Shown piece by piece: positions 45,683-55,555 of a stretch of DNA of 64,000 bases. The stretch comes from a virus. Positions within the stretch are counted from its first letter, which is position 1. Every line of letters starts with the position of its first letter. The DNA lies in IMG/VR virus record IMGVR_UViG_3300033146_005596, positions 62,586 through 126,585 of that record. The stretch is one strand, 5' to 3'. The notes beneath the pieces are model-generated. The model had not been told where the DNA came from. It saw only the letters and a program-made list of their open reading frames with translations, and searched no databases. Both the position numbers and the translations under genes were made by a program.

Positions 45683-46870
45683 TTATTGTTGTACTCCTGC
45701 AAATATAATTTCAGTATTTCCAACGGTACCATCATCTAGCTTAATACCAACAACTCCATCTTGCCAGTATAAGCAAACATCATCTTTTTTTGTCTCAAAA
45801 CTTGACAAAATTACATTAAAACAATCTAGTAAAAGGTTGAAACTAACAGACTTTTCTTCCAAAATATTACTAGCTTTTAGTGTTTCTTTAGCGTCAAATA
45901 CTGCATCTTTCTTTATATTTATTACTAATTCATCTGCTTTTTCAGCAGCAAAATTCATAACTTTCCAATCACTTCCTGAGCAAAAACCTGATAAAAACTT
46001 AAGAGATTTTAGCATTATTTCCTTATTAAACTCTAAAGTTGAAGGGTTTTCATCAGCTTTGCAAGGGTTTATTCCTGTTATATCTACCTCTTCTGGATTC
46101 TCAATTGTTAGTTTTGAGTTCAAGAACTGAACAAACATTGAGCCAGCTGTTAGGCCAACATAATTAAAATTATCAGAAAAATCAACTAGAATTGGAGAAT
46201 CATCTTGTGCTATTGTCTTTGAGCTAATTGCTGTTAAAAGTTTTAAAACATCGGAGTTTAGATAAGCGACCTCATCTTTTGCTAATGTTGGTAAGCTAAC
46301 ATCTTTTGTTGTATAGACAATAGTTGGGTCATTATAAATTAATTTATCCTTTGCAAAATATACACCAGAATTAGAATAGCTAGTGTTTAGCAGTGGACCA
46401 AGGGCTTCTAAGTGCTTTTTAAATCCAGCGCCATTTAGGTCTAGAGATACTTTACTCAGATTGTCCTTGAACTTTTTAATAGTTTTATCTTCAGTCATTG
46501 ACAAATCATCAAATTCTGTGTCATAGCTGATTAAAGAAAACTGCAGGTTTAAACTATTTACCTCAACTTTTATAGAGTTGGGTAGGATTTTTAGGTCTAG
46601 AGTTTCACTAGTATTGTTGTTAATAGCATACAAAAACTCATCAATATTTATAAAAGAAAAGTACTTTTCCTCTCCTTCTTTGAAGCCTTTGTTTGATAGT
46701 CCTTTAATTTGATAAGAGCAAAACACATTGTTTTGTTGGTTAAAAAGTCCTAATTTCTTCTCTGTTAGCTTAAAAATAATCTTGTCTTCTGCTTTATTTC
46801 CTGCAATAACATGAATTGCAAGGGCCTTTTTTAGCTCAATTAACTTGTCTTTTGTTAGATTTAATTCCAT
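45683..46870 (-). CDS. Probable DNA sliding clamp (beta-clamp-like)
   Basis: 395 aa with three alpha/beta repeats of clamp-like pattern, inside a replication operon. Inference. Confidence 0.45.
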   Translation of the reverse strand: MELNLTKDKLIELKKALAIHVIAGNKAEDKIIFKLTEKKLGLFNQQNNVFCSYQIKGLSNKGFKEGEEKYFSFINIDEFLYAINNNTSETLDLKILPNSIKVEVNSLNLQFSLISYDTEFDDLSMTEDKTIKKFKDNLSKVSLDLNGAGFKKHLEALGPLLNTSYSNSGVYFAKDKLIYNDPTIVYTTKDVSLPTLAKDEVAYLNSDVLKLLTAISSKTIAQDDSPILVDFSDNFNYVGLTAGSMFVQFLNSKLTIENPEEVDITGINPCKADENPSTLEFNKEIMLKSLKFLSGFCSGSDWKVMNFAAEKADELVINIKKDAVFDAKETLKASNILEEKSVSFNLLLDCFNVILSSFETKKDDVCLYWQDGVVGIKLDDGTVGNTEIIFAGVQQ

Positions 46871-46880
46871 TTTTTCTCCT

Positions 46881-47576
46881 TTATTTCTTGAATCTTAGCT
46901 CTGAAATATTAGTATTTATGATGTTTTTTACATCAATAAAGCCTATTTTTTTAGTAGATACTTCCCATAAATACTCTAGATACGGACAAGTTTTTAGAAA
47001 GTTATCAATGAAAAATAGCCATTCTCCACTAAGTTTTTCTGTATATCTTGCCTCACAAATAGCAATTAATGTCTCATAATTCAGGTCAATCATACGCTCT
47101 TGTTGGTAAGCCATTGGTAATAAATCAATCACTTTTTTCCAGGCCTCTTTTGCTTTCTTAGGATCTTTTTTGAGGTTATCTTGATAAATCCTGATATTTT
47201 TATTAAGCACATCTAAAACATAGTCAAAAGACTCGTCCCAGTTATCAACATGAAAATCCTCTTTTACTAGCTCACGAACTCCCATTTTGTGCATACGACT
47301 TCTTGAGTTTGCAACTGTTGCAACTTTATAGGTATCATATTGAATCCACCAAGAAATTGGCATATCAACAGAAGCCTGAACATGTATCATTCTTAAAACT
47401 TTTCTATGGTCTCGACCAGCTTTTGTAAGTCTAAATAATAGGCTAGCGTCTTTCTTTCCAAGTTTAAACTTTAAACCAGTACCTTTACTGTCATAAAGAT
47501 GTTCTGAGTTTTTTGGGTACCGCATACCAATTACAGCATTTTTCCAGCCAGACACAACAACATTTTCTATTCTCAT
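46881..47576 (-). CDS. ThyX-like flavin-dependent thymidylate synthase relative
   Basis: H.K.LR.I.V...V..P..WW.QYDTYK...NS.S.MHK and LP..Y.Q.R...NY. Adjacent to a dNMP kinase. Confidence 0.6.
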   Translation of the reverse strand: MRIENVVVSGWKNAVIGMRYPKNSEHLYDSKGTGLKFKLGKKDASLLFRLTKAGRDHRKVLRMIHVQASVDMPISWWIQYDTYKVATVANSRSRMHKMGVRELVKEDFHVDNWDESFDYVLDVLNKNIRIYQDNLKKDPKKAKEAWKKVIDLLPMAYQQERMIDLNYETLIAICEARYTEKLSGEWLFFIDNFLKTCPYLEYLWEVSTKKIGFIDVKNIINTNISELRFKK

Positions 47577-48058
47577 AAATTTCCTCCGCGAATTTCTTTG
47601 AATAACCTTTTGACTTGCTTATCATCAAAAGGGTCTATAATAATTTTGGGGCAGCTAACTTTTTTATATTCTTTTAAAAACTCATCTTTAATCTTAATAA
47701 TTTTATCAAGACCATAGGCCTCATCTCTATCAAGAATATCATTGTCTGTAAACTTATTCCTATTACATAATAAGAGGATATAGTTATTTTCTTGCAAAGT
47801 ACTTTCAATTTTTTCTTGGATGATTGTATCAATAGATGATTTGCCTCGAAATAAATTACCATAAACAATTTCAGATAAATACCCACGGTCTATAATTCTA
47901 TTAGTCCCATCAATAAAAGATGTATATTCTTTTATTGGGTCAAACCCCTCTACAGGTACACCAAAATGTTTGTAGCTATAACCAAATTCTTTTACTAGCT
48001 TTTGTGCTAGAGTTGTTTTTCCTTGCTGCTCAGTACCCTCAATAATAAAACTTACCAT
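47573..48058 (-). CDS. Thymidylate/dNMP kinase
   Basis: IIEG...QGKTT P-loop and IIDR.YLSE.VYG. Confidence 0.85.
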   Translation of the reverse strand: MVSFIIEGTEQQGKTTLAQKLVKEFGYSYKHFGVPVEGFDPIKEYTSFIDGTNRIIDRGYLSEIVYGNLFRGKSSIDTIIQEKIESTLQENNYILLLCNRNKFTDNDILDRDEAYGLDKIIKIKDEFLKEYKKVSCPKIIIDPFDDKQVKRLFKEIRGGNL

Positions 48059-48891
48059 TGTACAACTCCTATATTAGCCCCTGCTTTTGGGCGTTTACCC
48101 ATGATAGCAGATACAGGACAATATTCATGAATTCCTTCAAAGTCACAATATTTGCACATAAAGCTAGTTTTTGGATAAAACTTTTCTTTATTAGAAGTTT
48201 TTGTTTTAATCTCATCAAGTATACTGGTCATTTCAGTTTGGAACTCATAAAACTCTGCTGGGCCTTTGAATTTCATAAAGTCCAGGTTACCTTTGGCCTC
48301 ATCAACATAAGGATAAAAAATCCCAACATGTATCTTGTCCAGGTCTTTCTCCAAATCATAACCATAATTTTGGAATAGATAATAAGTATAAATCTTAAGC
48401 TGGAAATCATGCCTCTTCATATCTTTAGACTTGCTAGACTTATAATCAATAATGTATATTTCTTTGGTTTTTTTGTCAATCAATAGTAAATCTATGATTC
48501 CAACAAAGTCTTCATTACCAATAGTCCAATTTTCCCATTTTTCTGGAATAACCTCAAAGCGTTCTAAAGTTATTCCGCCTTTGAATGTTTTAAAGAAGAC
48601 TAAAACTGCATTGACTGCATTAAAATATGCAGTTTTATCAATAATAGATAAATCATACTTGTCAGCTACTTTTTTCTGAATTACATCTTTAACAATTCTT
48701 TCACCTTTCACAATAGCTTTTGCTACAAGCTCAGCAAATAGATGAATTGCTAATCCTTTTTCAATGTCTGGTTGTGGGACATCATTAGTATTTCGTAAAT
48801 GTTTGTTGTACTTCAAGTTGTAAGCTAATTCACATGACTTGTACATTTTAACCTTTGATGCAGACCATCTTTTTTTCTTTTTTTTCATCAT
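48052..48891 (-). CDS. PD-(D/E)xK exonuclease (RecB/Cas4-like)
   Basis: S.S....Y..C, G..IH, GIIDL, IIDYKS, QL..Y and C..CDF...C. Confidence 0.88.
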   Translation of the reverse strand: MMKKKKKRWSASKVKMYKSCELAYNLKYNKHLRNTNDVPQPDIEKGLAIHLFAELVAKAIVKGERIVKDVIQKKVADKYDLSIIDKTAYFNAVNAVLVFFKTFKGGITLERFEVIPEKWENWTIGNEDFVGIIDLLLIDKKTKEIYIIDYKSSKSKDMKRHDFQLKIYTYYLFQNYGYDLEKDLDKIHVGIFYPYVDEAKGNLDFMKFKGPAEFYEFQTEMTSILDEIKTKTSNKEKFYPKTSFMCKYCDFEGIHEYCPVSAIMGKRPKAGANIGVVQW

Positions 48892-48942
48892 TTCTCCTAT
48901 ATTTATAATAAGGGAGAAAATGGAATTTCTTGCGAAATATAT

Positions 48943-49116
48943 TTAATTTTTTATAAAAAGTTTTGTCCCAGCTTTTACTATCATATTACCAATCAGAGTG
49001 TCCTCTTGAAGAACTACTTCAGTTGAATCTAAAAGGTCTGTCTCATTATCATTGTAATAGTCTGTATCATAATAAGCATCAATACTATCTATTAATATTT
49101 CATCTGTAAATTTCAT
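48943..49116 (-). CDS. 57-aa acidic late protein (not in the ORF track)
   Basis: ACTAATTA-ACT-AGGAG...ATG. Sequence MKFTDEILID...LQEDTLIGNMIVKAGTKLFIKN. Confidence 0.55.
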   Translation of the reverse strand: MKFTDEILIDSIDAYYDTDYYNDNETDLLDSTEVVLQEDTLIGNMIVKAGTKLFIKN

Positions 49117-49165
49117 GTGTTTTTCTCCTAGTTAATTAGTCTCTTTAATAACCCTCCCTGCTTTT

Positions 49166-49390
49166 GAAAAACCTCAAAGCAGCTGCTATTGAAAAACCTC
49201 AAAGCTATATACTATTATTAAAATATATTATATATATAATATTTATTATTATAATATTAAAATTTATATATTAAGGAATTTAGGAAATTTAGGAAATTTT
49301 AAAAATTATATTTTTAGGAATTTTAGAAATTTTAAAAATTATATTTTTAGGAATTTAGGAAAATTTAGAAATTATATTTTTAGGAGTTTT
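49166..49390. repeat. AT-rich non-coding repeat region, candidate replication origin
   Basis: GAAAAACCTCAAAGC twice, an almost pure A/T tract, and AAATTATATTTTTAGGA three times at a 33-bp period. Confidence 0.7.
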
Positions 49391-49480
49391 GGTAGATGGT
49401 ACCACTTAAGAATTAGCTAAATATTAACGTTCGCGTTTTTTTTTAAGAGTGAGGGAGAAACTTAAATGGACTAATTAACC

Positions 49481-49888
49481 ATGCTAAACTCAGAAATATT
49501 TAACAGTGTAAAGTTTATTATATTTAACAAAGTTCTCAACCTACAAACTCAAAGAAACTTCTTTAAAGTTTATTTTGATGGTTCCCCAAATTATATACTT
49601 GTTAAGGAAGAAGACTTTATAAGTATAATGATTAAGCTTGCTGGTTTAAACTACTTTTATAATATATATAAAAAAGATACATCAAGTTATTTTTTTGATA
49701 TAACAGCTAAAAGTTTAAAGCAACTAAAAATTAAAGACTTAAAAAAAGAATCTGTTATCGAAAAGCGAAGCATTACTAAAGATGAGTATCTAACAAAAGA
49801 GAGAATAAATAATTCTAGGAAAGCTAATAGCTTACTAAATAATGGCCTGGCGGATAAGTTTTTTGATAATACAAAGTTTGGGTTTTAG
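49481..49888 (+). CDS. Hypothetical late protein
   Basis: ACTAATTA-ACC-ATG start. Confidence 0.55.
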   Translation: MLNSEIFNSVKFIIFNKVLNLQTQRNFFKVYFDGSPNYILVKEEDFISIMIKLAGLNYFYNIYKKDTSSYFFDITAKSLKQLKIKDLKKESVIEKRSITKDEYLTKERINNSRKANSLLNNGLADKFFDNTKFGF

Positions 49889-49960
49889 CTATGACACAAC
49901 CGCAAGAAATCCAGGATTTTCCCTTATTATATAAAGATAAGGTAAAGGAGAATATTTTAT

Positions 49961-51178
49961 ATGTTTAAAAACTATTTTAAAGACTTAGGAAAAAGAAAAG
50001 CAAAAAGAAATAAAGAGTTTGCTGGAAAAATAATTATCACACCAAGATGGTTGGACTGGCTCAAGTCTTTTTCTTTTATATTTTTGTCTGGAGTTTCAGC
50101 ATTATTAGTAACTAACATAATGGTTCAGTTAGTTGCATCACCATTTGAAAAGATAACAATGGGTATAGTTGCATTGGTTTATGAAATCCTAAAAATAGTA
50201 TCTCTACTTACTGCTATGATAGCTATTACAACACATAAATATTTTAAAGCTACTTTATTTATAGGGCTATACATCTCTTTTGCTTCAATTGCTATTCTAG
50301 CAAATTATGGATATATTTTAGAATCCGTAAACAAAGCTGAAACAGACCCAGTAGTATTACTTCAGATTGAAACTGAAAAAGTAATGCAAGAAGATATTAA
50401 TAATTTAAACATTGAGTTTGTTAGGCTGACTACTGACGAAAAGCTAGAACTTAATGAGTTAGACGCTTGGAGACTGGAGCATAAAAATGATAAAGATTTC
50501 TCTTTAGACTATTTTTCTAGAAAGAGGTCAAAAATTAGAACCTACTATAGTACTATGAAAAATAGAAAGCAATCTGAAATTAAAGGCCTACGGGCAGAGT
50601 TTTCAAAATTAAAGAAAAAATCTTTTGAAGATGATGCGTTAAAAGCTGGTAAAAATAGAATGTTTCTACTGCTAGGAAATGCTTTTGGTATGACTGAAAA
50701 CAGTATTAAATTTAAGTTTTTAATAGTAATTGCTTTTATGATTGAGTTTGGTATTTTAATTTCAAGTCCTAAGAAAAAGCTAATAAAAATTAAAGATAAA
50801 GAAAAAAAGATACCTATCAGAAAGATGGTACCAAAGGCTAAGGCTATAAAACTTGTAGAAACAGTTAAACCACAGCAAAGCTTGGTAACAGAAAAAACAA
50901 TTGAAAGTAAAGAAATCAAAAAAAGGACTATTAAGAAACATCTAACTCATGAAATAGTAGACTTAATTTATAGTAATCGCTTGAGATTAAAAGAAGGTGA
51001 GTTTTTATTTACTCAAGCAGACCAAGAAAACTATGATATTAACGAAGTAAAAGCACTCATAGACAAATGTACAAAATTAACTGGAAAATCAGGTTTGCCA
51101 TTCTTAAGCATTGATAAGAAAGCTAACAAGCTGAAGAAAAATTACACAAAAGAATATCTATTAGAAAATTTAAATTAA
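49961..51178 (+). CDS. Multi-TM coiled-coil membrane protein
   Basis: Three N-terminal TM helices, a coiled coil, a fourth TM helix and a basic tail. Confidence 0.65.
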   Translation: MFKNYFKDLGKRKAKRNKEFAGKIIITPRWLDWLKSFSFIFLSGVSALLVTNIMVQLVASPFEKITMGIVALVYEILKIVSLLTAMIAITTHKYFKATLFIGLYISFASIAILANYGYILESVNKAETDPVVLLQIETEKVMQEDINNLNIEFVRLTTDEKLELNELDAWRLEHKNDKDFSLDYFSRKRSKIRTYYSTMKNRKQSEIKGLRAEFSKLKKKSFEDDALKAGKNRMFLLLGNAFGMTENSIKFKFLIVIAFMIEFGILISSPKKKLIKIKDKEKKIPIRKMVPKAKAIKLVETVKPQQSLVTEKTIESKEIKKRTIKKHLTHEIVDLIYSNRLRLKEGEFLFTQADQENYDINEVKALIDKCTKLTGKSGLPFLSIDKKANKLKKNYTKEYLLENLN

Positions 51179-51224
51179 AAATCCGATAAATCTCCTTATT
51201 ATAATAATATAAGGAGATTAAAAC

Positions 51225-51674
51225 ATGAATGAAACATTAGATCGATGTAAAATGGACTTTAATGAATTAATACCTACTATGATTTCAAGTAGGTTTGAAA
51301 AAGACAAATATTTTGTTACTGGCTCTCGTAGGTTTGGGGTTGAGACACAAGAGAGTGATTTAGATATTGTACTTGAAACAGGGTCTGCTTCAATATTAAA
51401 ACAAGCATTAGACGCAGTGGATATTAAAACCACTAAAAGTAGCTATTTTGATGGTTGGTATTACATTTACCAAGAATTAAAAATAAATATTATTCCATTA
51501 TCTGGAGTACAGTTTGAGGCTTGGAAAATGGCTGCCGAAATAAATGATAAGTTTAAGCTATTTGGAAAAAATAAATCTGAAAGATTAGTGATGCACGGTA
51601 TATTACATACACTAGCACAACAAAAAATTATGAGACATGAGATAAATAATAAAATTTTAGGTGGTAATTTATGA
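51225..51674 (+). CDS. Minimal nucleotidyltransferase domain protein
   Basis: TGSR.FG....SDLDIV motif. Confidence 0.75.
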   Translation: MNETLDRCKMDFNELIPTMISSRFEKDKYFVTGSRRFGVETQESDLDIVLETGSASILKQALDAVDIKTTKSSYFDGWYYIYQELKINIIPLSGVQFEAWKMAAEINDKFKLFGKNKSERLVMHGILHTLAQQKIMRHEINNKILGGNL

Positions 51675-51943
51675 GCAACACAAAGAAAATTAAGCTGGAC
51701 AAAAAAGATTCAGCATTAGAGGCTAGCATTAAGAGAGCACAGGACTCTTTTATAGAAGTTGATAAGGTTTTAGCAGATTTACAGTCCCGAATAGATGCAG
51801 ATTCTGATAATCCTAGTATTTACGATTTAGGCTTGTACAATGGTGCAGCCCTAGTAAACGCAATCTTGCGAGATGTACCTGTAAAGTTTTATGAAATTCA
51901 CGAAAAAGGCGCAGACCTAAAAGAGGTAAAAGATGGAGAATAA
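51671..51943 (+). CDS. Hypothetical protein
   Basis: Coupled ORF with Y..GLYNG motif. Confidence 0.55.
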   Translation: MSNTKKIKLDKKDSALEASIKRAQDSFIEVDKVLADLQSRIDADSDNPSIYDLGLYNGAALVNAILRDVPVKFYEIHEKGADLKEVKDGE

Positions 51944-52304
51944 TTTACAAGACCAAAATCTACTCAATGAAATCTCAGCAATTTCTGGTTATTCAAAAGT
52001 TCAAATAGCAGAAGTTTGGGAGTATACTGCCCTTAGAGTTTTGGAGAGTTATTTAGAAGCTATAAATGATGGCACTATTTCTGGTACTATTGAGAGCTAC
52101 ATTCCTAAAATTGGAAAGATTACTACTTATAAAGTTAATGATATAGACAAAGGTAGTTATACTGAGACCCAATTCAAATCAACTATTGAGCTATCCTCTT
52201 TCTTAAGAACTTTAATTACTGAGGGTATGACTAATGAAACAATTTCCCTTGACAAGATATTTGAAAGAAAACTAAATAATTCCATAGTGGCTATTACCAG
52301 CTAA
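51933..52304 (+). CDS. HU/IHF-like DNA-binding protein (divergent)
   Basis: LLNEIS..SG.SK..I..V, IP.IG.I and F.....S..LR pattern. Confidence 0.45.
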   Translation: MENNLQDQNLLNEISAISGYSKVQIAEVWEYTALRVLESYLEAINDGTISGTIESYIPKIGKITTYKVNDIDKGSYTETQFKSTIELSSFLRTLITEGMTNETISLDKIFERKLNNSIVAITS

Positions 52305-52340
52305 TATCTAAAACGTAACTAATTATTATAGGAGATAACA

Positions 52341-52628
52341 ATGACTATTAAGCTAAGTGATACTTTTGAAATTGATGTAGATGATTATCCGGGTTTGGAT
52401 TCTAAGAAGTTTAAGGCTTGGTTATCTCAACTTAGTTTAGTTTTGAACGATGAGTATAGTATTTCAACTATTACTGAGTTATTTGAAACTTTGCAAAATT
52501 TAGATGGAAATGATTTGATTGACATCTTTGTAAATGACTTTGAAATAGATGAAGCTATTGAGGAGCTAATGCTTAGTAAAAAGTATAGTTCTAGGCTTGA
52601 TAGCCAAAAATGGAATAATATACTTTAA
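52341..52628 (+). CDS. Acidic hypothetical protein
   Basis: Late motif and AGGAG SD. Confidence 0.55.
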   Translation: MTIKLSDTFEIDVDDYPGLDSKKFKAWLSQLSLVLNDEYSISTITELFETLQNLDGNDLIDIFVNDFEIDEAIEELMLSKKYSSRLDSQKWNNIL

Positions 52629-52644
52629 ATAAAAAGGGGATATA

Positions 52645-53061
52645 ATGAGAGTTCTAAAAGAAGTAAATAAAAAGGTTGGGGATATAAACCCACTTTTTGA
52701 CAAGATTGAAAAGGCAATTGAAAAATTGTCTGCAATTAGTGAAGACCTAGGAACAATTCTAGAAAGTGCTTCAGCAATTGGTGGTACTGTGGAACAAACA
52801 GTAAACAACCAAGTACAAGCTGCACAACAAGTATTAAAAGGTATTTATGGAGAAAATGGACAAAGTGCTGGTAATTTATATGCACTTAAAAACTTTATTT
52901 TGACGGTACCTGTATCTGACTTAATTGCAGGTAATATTAGACAAGTAGTACCATCTCAAAGTGAGCTGGTTACACCACAACAACCATTGTCTGCAGGTCG
53001 TTCATTTGATGGACAAGTATATGGACAAAACTCTGATGTTTCTTATGAGGATATGATATAA
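52645..53061 (+). CDS. Candidate head protein
   Basis: MRVLKE N-terminus. Helical. Confidence 0.5.
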   Translation: MRVLKEVNKKVGDINPLFDKIEKAIEKLSAISEDLGTILESASAIGGTVEQTVNNQVQAAQQVLKGIYGENGQSAGNLYALKNFILTVPVSDLIAGNIRQVVPSQSELVTPQQPLSAGRSFDGQVYGQNSDVSYEDMI

Positions 53062-53648
53062 TGTTTAAAGTAAATACAAAAATTAAAGAAGACGGGACAG
53101 TTCTAACAAAAATTACAAAAGAAGATGGTTCATATAAAATTATTGAAGATGTATCAGCACGAAGAGAAAACGGTTTATCTACAATGACCGAAGCCTTGTA
53201 TGGTACCCAGAAGTTAAACGAAGATAGCTTTGAAGATGAAATGTTTGGAGATGAGACTGAGTTAAATCAGTATGGTTATGAAGATGAGTTTTATTTCAAT
53301 TCTCAGACAATCTTTATTTCCAACAAGACTTCAATACCTGCTGCAGTAGGCTCTAGATGTTCACCTGTAAAACTAGACCTAACTAAAGATGAGATTCTTA
53401 ACTTGATTCGAGAAAAGATTGAGCCACTAGCTGGAAAAGCATTAAATGTTGCTGAAAAGATTGAAGTCTTGGACTTTTTAATGAAGTATAAAGCTAGGAT
53501 TTCTAAGGTTGATTTTAGACTATTTGAAACAGCTTGCGCAACTTATGATGCTCGCCGTTCAATTCCACTTGGGGACCGAGAAGATTGGCAGCACAAAGTT
53601 TACATGTTAATTAGAGCTATGCCACAAGGACAAAAAGGAGTTCTATAG
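53061..53648 (+). CDS. C-terminal half of an AAA+ ATPase with an N-terminal extension
   Basis: EFYFNSQTIFISN (sensor 1), AVGSRC (Arg finger) and a helical lid with DFR (sensor 2). No Walker motifs. Confidence 0.75.
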   Translation: MFKVNTKIKEDGTVLTKITKEDGSYKIIEDVSARRENGLSTMTEALYGTQKLNEDSFEDEMFGDETELNQYGYEDEFYFNSQTIFISNKTSIPAAVGSRCSPVKLDLTKDEILNLIREKIEPLAGKALNVAEKIEVLDFLMKYKARISKVDFRLFETACATYDARRSIPLGDREDWQHKVYMLIRAMPQGQKGVL

Positions 53649-53650
53649 TC

Positions 53651-55555
53651 ATGGTGAGAATTAAACTTAATGAGTCTATAACTGAAAAAGAAAAAGTTAT
53701 AGACTATATTTATGATGAAGTTTTAAAGGGTCTTGGCTTTAGCCGAGACCAATTCTCAATAAAAAGTAAAACAACCCCTAGTGGTAGTTTTATTTATTTA
53801 GATTGTGATGTAACTAAAGACGAAAGAAATACTTTAAAAGAAGCTTTTACTGACTGGCGTGTGCACTATGTATTAGAACAGACTATCAAAAATCCTGAAG
53901 AGGCCTATCAAGAGTATCTTGAAAATAAAAAAGAGTATCTTGATAATAATTATGATGAGCTAAAAGGCTATTATAGCTATTTTGAGAATATAGTTAGTAG
54001 TAATAAAGTTAAGTTTAAGTATAATGGTAAGCCCTACTCAGTAAGATTTCATCTCAAGAGTAATTTAAAAAGTAAAGGTCATAAGTATGAAGACGAGTTA
54101 TTAGAAAATTTTGAAAAAAACTTATATCCTGATTTTTATAATTTTATGGAAAGTACTTTGGGTATACAAGGTGCTGCAGATGAGATAACAGAAGTTAAAG
54201 CTTTGGGCTCACTAAATGTAAGAAGGCCAATTGATTGGGCTGCTTTAGGCTCTAAAGAAAAACTTCAGTTCTTGAATCCAACAAGGCCATTATCAGAGGT
54301 TGGAGATGACCTTGCTGATTTAAGAGTTTACCTTAAAAGTAAATTTGGAAAACTAAAAAAGGACTATATAAACATAAGTGCTAAGTATGGTGGAACTGTT
54401 AGCTTTATAAACTTAGGCTTAAGAAGTAAAATTATAAAAGATAGTAATCCAAAAAAGTATAATGATGTACCAGCTTGGGAAGTTAACTTGTCTGCTATTC
54501 TGAAAGCAATTGGAGTTACAAAAGACCAAATTACTGAAATAATGAAAAACTATTATTTATATAGTGATTTCAGGACAAGAGTTACCTCTAAAAATCCAGG
54601 TAAAGACATGAGTTCTAAGCGGTTAAAAGTTAAAATAAACATAGAAGACTATAATTTGAACCTTGATGTTTTAAAAGACTTTTTTTCAAGAGCTATTGGT
54701 GAGAATTACATTTTGTCACACAAAAGAAAAAATGGAAAAGAAGACTACTTGTGGGTCAATAGTGAGACAAATAAAAAATTAGTTAATAACTTGGAGCTAG
54801 TTGAGGTCAATACTCCTTATGTAGCTGGAGAACGTGGAAGAGGAACATTAAACTTTAAGTTCATTTCTGATGGTGCTAAGTTTAATTTCAATTTCCGTTC
54901 CAGTGATGGTAAAACAACAACACCTACTGGTATTTATTTAGGCTATGCAATTGACCACTCACTATTTGAGTCCCGTACAAGAACAGCAAAAACTCGTTTA
55001 AGCGAGAGTACTAAGAAAACATTAGTTGTGTCTACAGGTAGGTTTAATCCTCCAACACTAGGTCACAAGAGGCTATTGGACTGGGTTAAGAAAACAGCAG
55101 ATAATAAAAATGCGGATTTATTAGTTCTTCCTACAAAAAAAGTTGATGTTAATAATCCATTAGATTTCAGCTATAAACTTGATTTGTTAAATGAATTGTT
55201 TCCTAATATCATATTTGAAGATGACCCAAATGTAAGAAATATTTTTGATTTGTTCAAAAAGTACGGAACTGTAGATAGCAAGTACAATAAAGTTATTTTA
55301 ATACTGGGGTCAGATAGGGCTTCATCATTAACAGCACGACTAGAAAAATATAACTATAGGGACTATTTCTTTGAATATATTTCTAGTATTAAGCTAGATA
55401 GGAACGCTGAAGGAGATGATGTCTCAAACTGGAGTGCTACTAAAATGAGACAAGCTGTTAAAGACAGAGATTTTGATACTTTTTATTCTGGATTTCCAGG
55501 TAATAAGCAATTAGCAATGGAAGTATTTAGTTATATAGGGGATAAGTACTTATGA
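53651..55555 (+). CDS. Multidomain protein: PD-(D/E)xK-like domain plus HIGH-type cytidylyltransferase-like domain
   Basis: ADL...ISAK...FINLG, then C-terminal GRFNPPTLGH, NPL, GSDR and SATKMR. Confidence 0.75.
   Translation: MVRIKLNESITEKEKVIDYIYDEVLKGLGFSRDQFSIKSKTTPSGSFIYLDCDVTKDERNTLKEAFTDWRVHYVLEQTIKNPEEAYQEYLENKKEYLDNNYDELKGYYSYFENIVSSNKVKFKYNGKPYSVRFHLKSNLKSKGHKYEDELLENFEKNLYPDFYNFMESTLGIQGAADEITEVKALGSLNVRRPIDWAALGSKEKLQFLNPTRPLSEVGDDLADLRVYLKSKFGKLKKDYINISAKYGGTVSFINLGLRSKIIKDSNPKKYNDVPAWEVNLSAILKAIGVTKDQITEIMKNYYLYSDFRTRVTSKNPGKDMSSKRLKVKINIEDYNLNLDVLKDFFSRAIGENYILSHKRKNGKEDYLWVNSETNKKLVNNLELVEVNTPYVAGERGRGTLNFKFISDGAKFNFNFRSSDGKTTTPTGIYLGYAIDHSLFESRTRTAKTRLSESTKKTLVVSTGRFNPPTLGHKRLLDWVKKTADNKNADLLVLPTKKVDVNNPLDFSYKLDLLNELFPNIIFEDDPNVRNIFDLFKKYGTVDSKYNKVILILGSDRASSLTARLEKYNYRDYFFEYISSIKLDRNAEGDDVSNWSATKMRQAVKDRDFDTFYSGFPGNKQLAMEVFSYIGDKYL

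Noticed and set aside
49260-49390. CRISPR array
   Set aside because: The repeats are low-complexity with near-identical short intervening sequence and no unique spacers. The nearby nuclease is a stand-alone RecB/Cas4-like enzyme common in phages.
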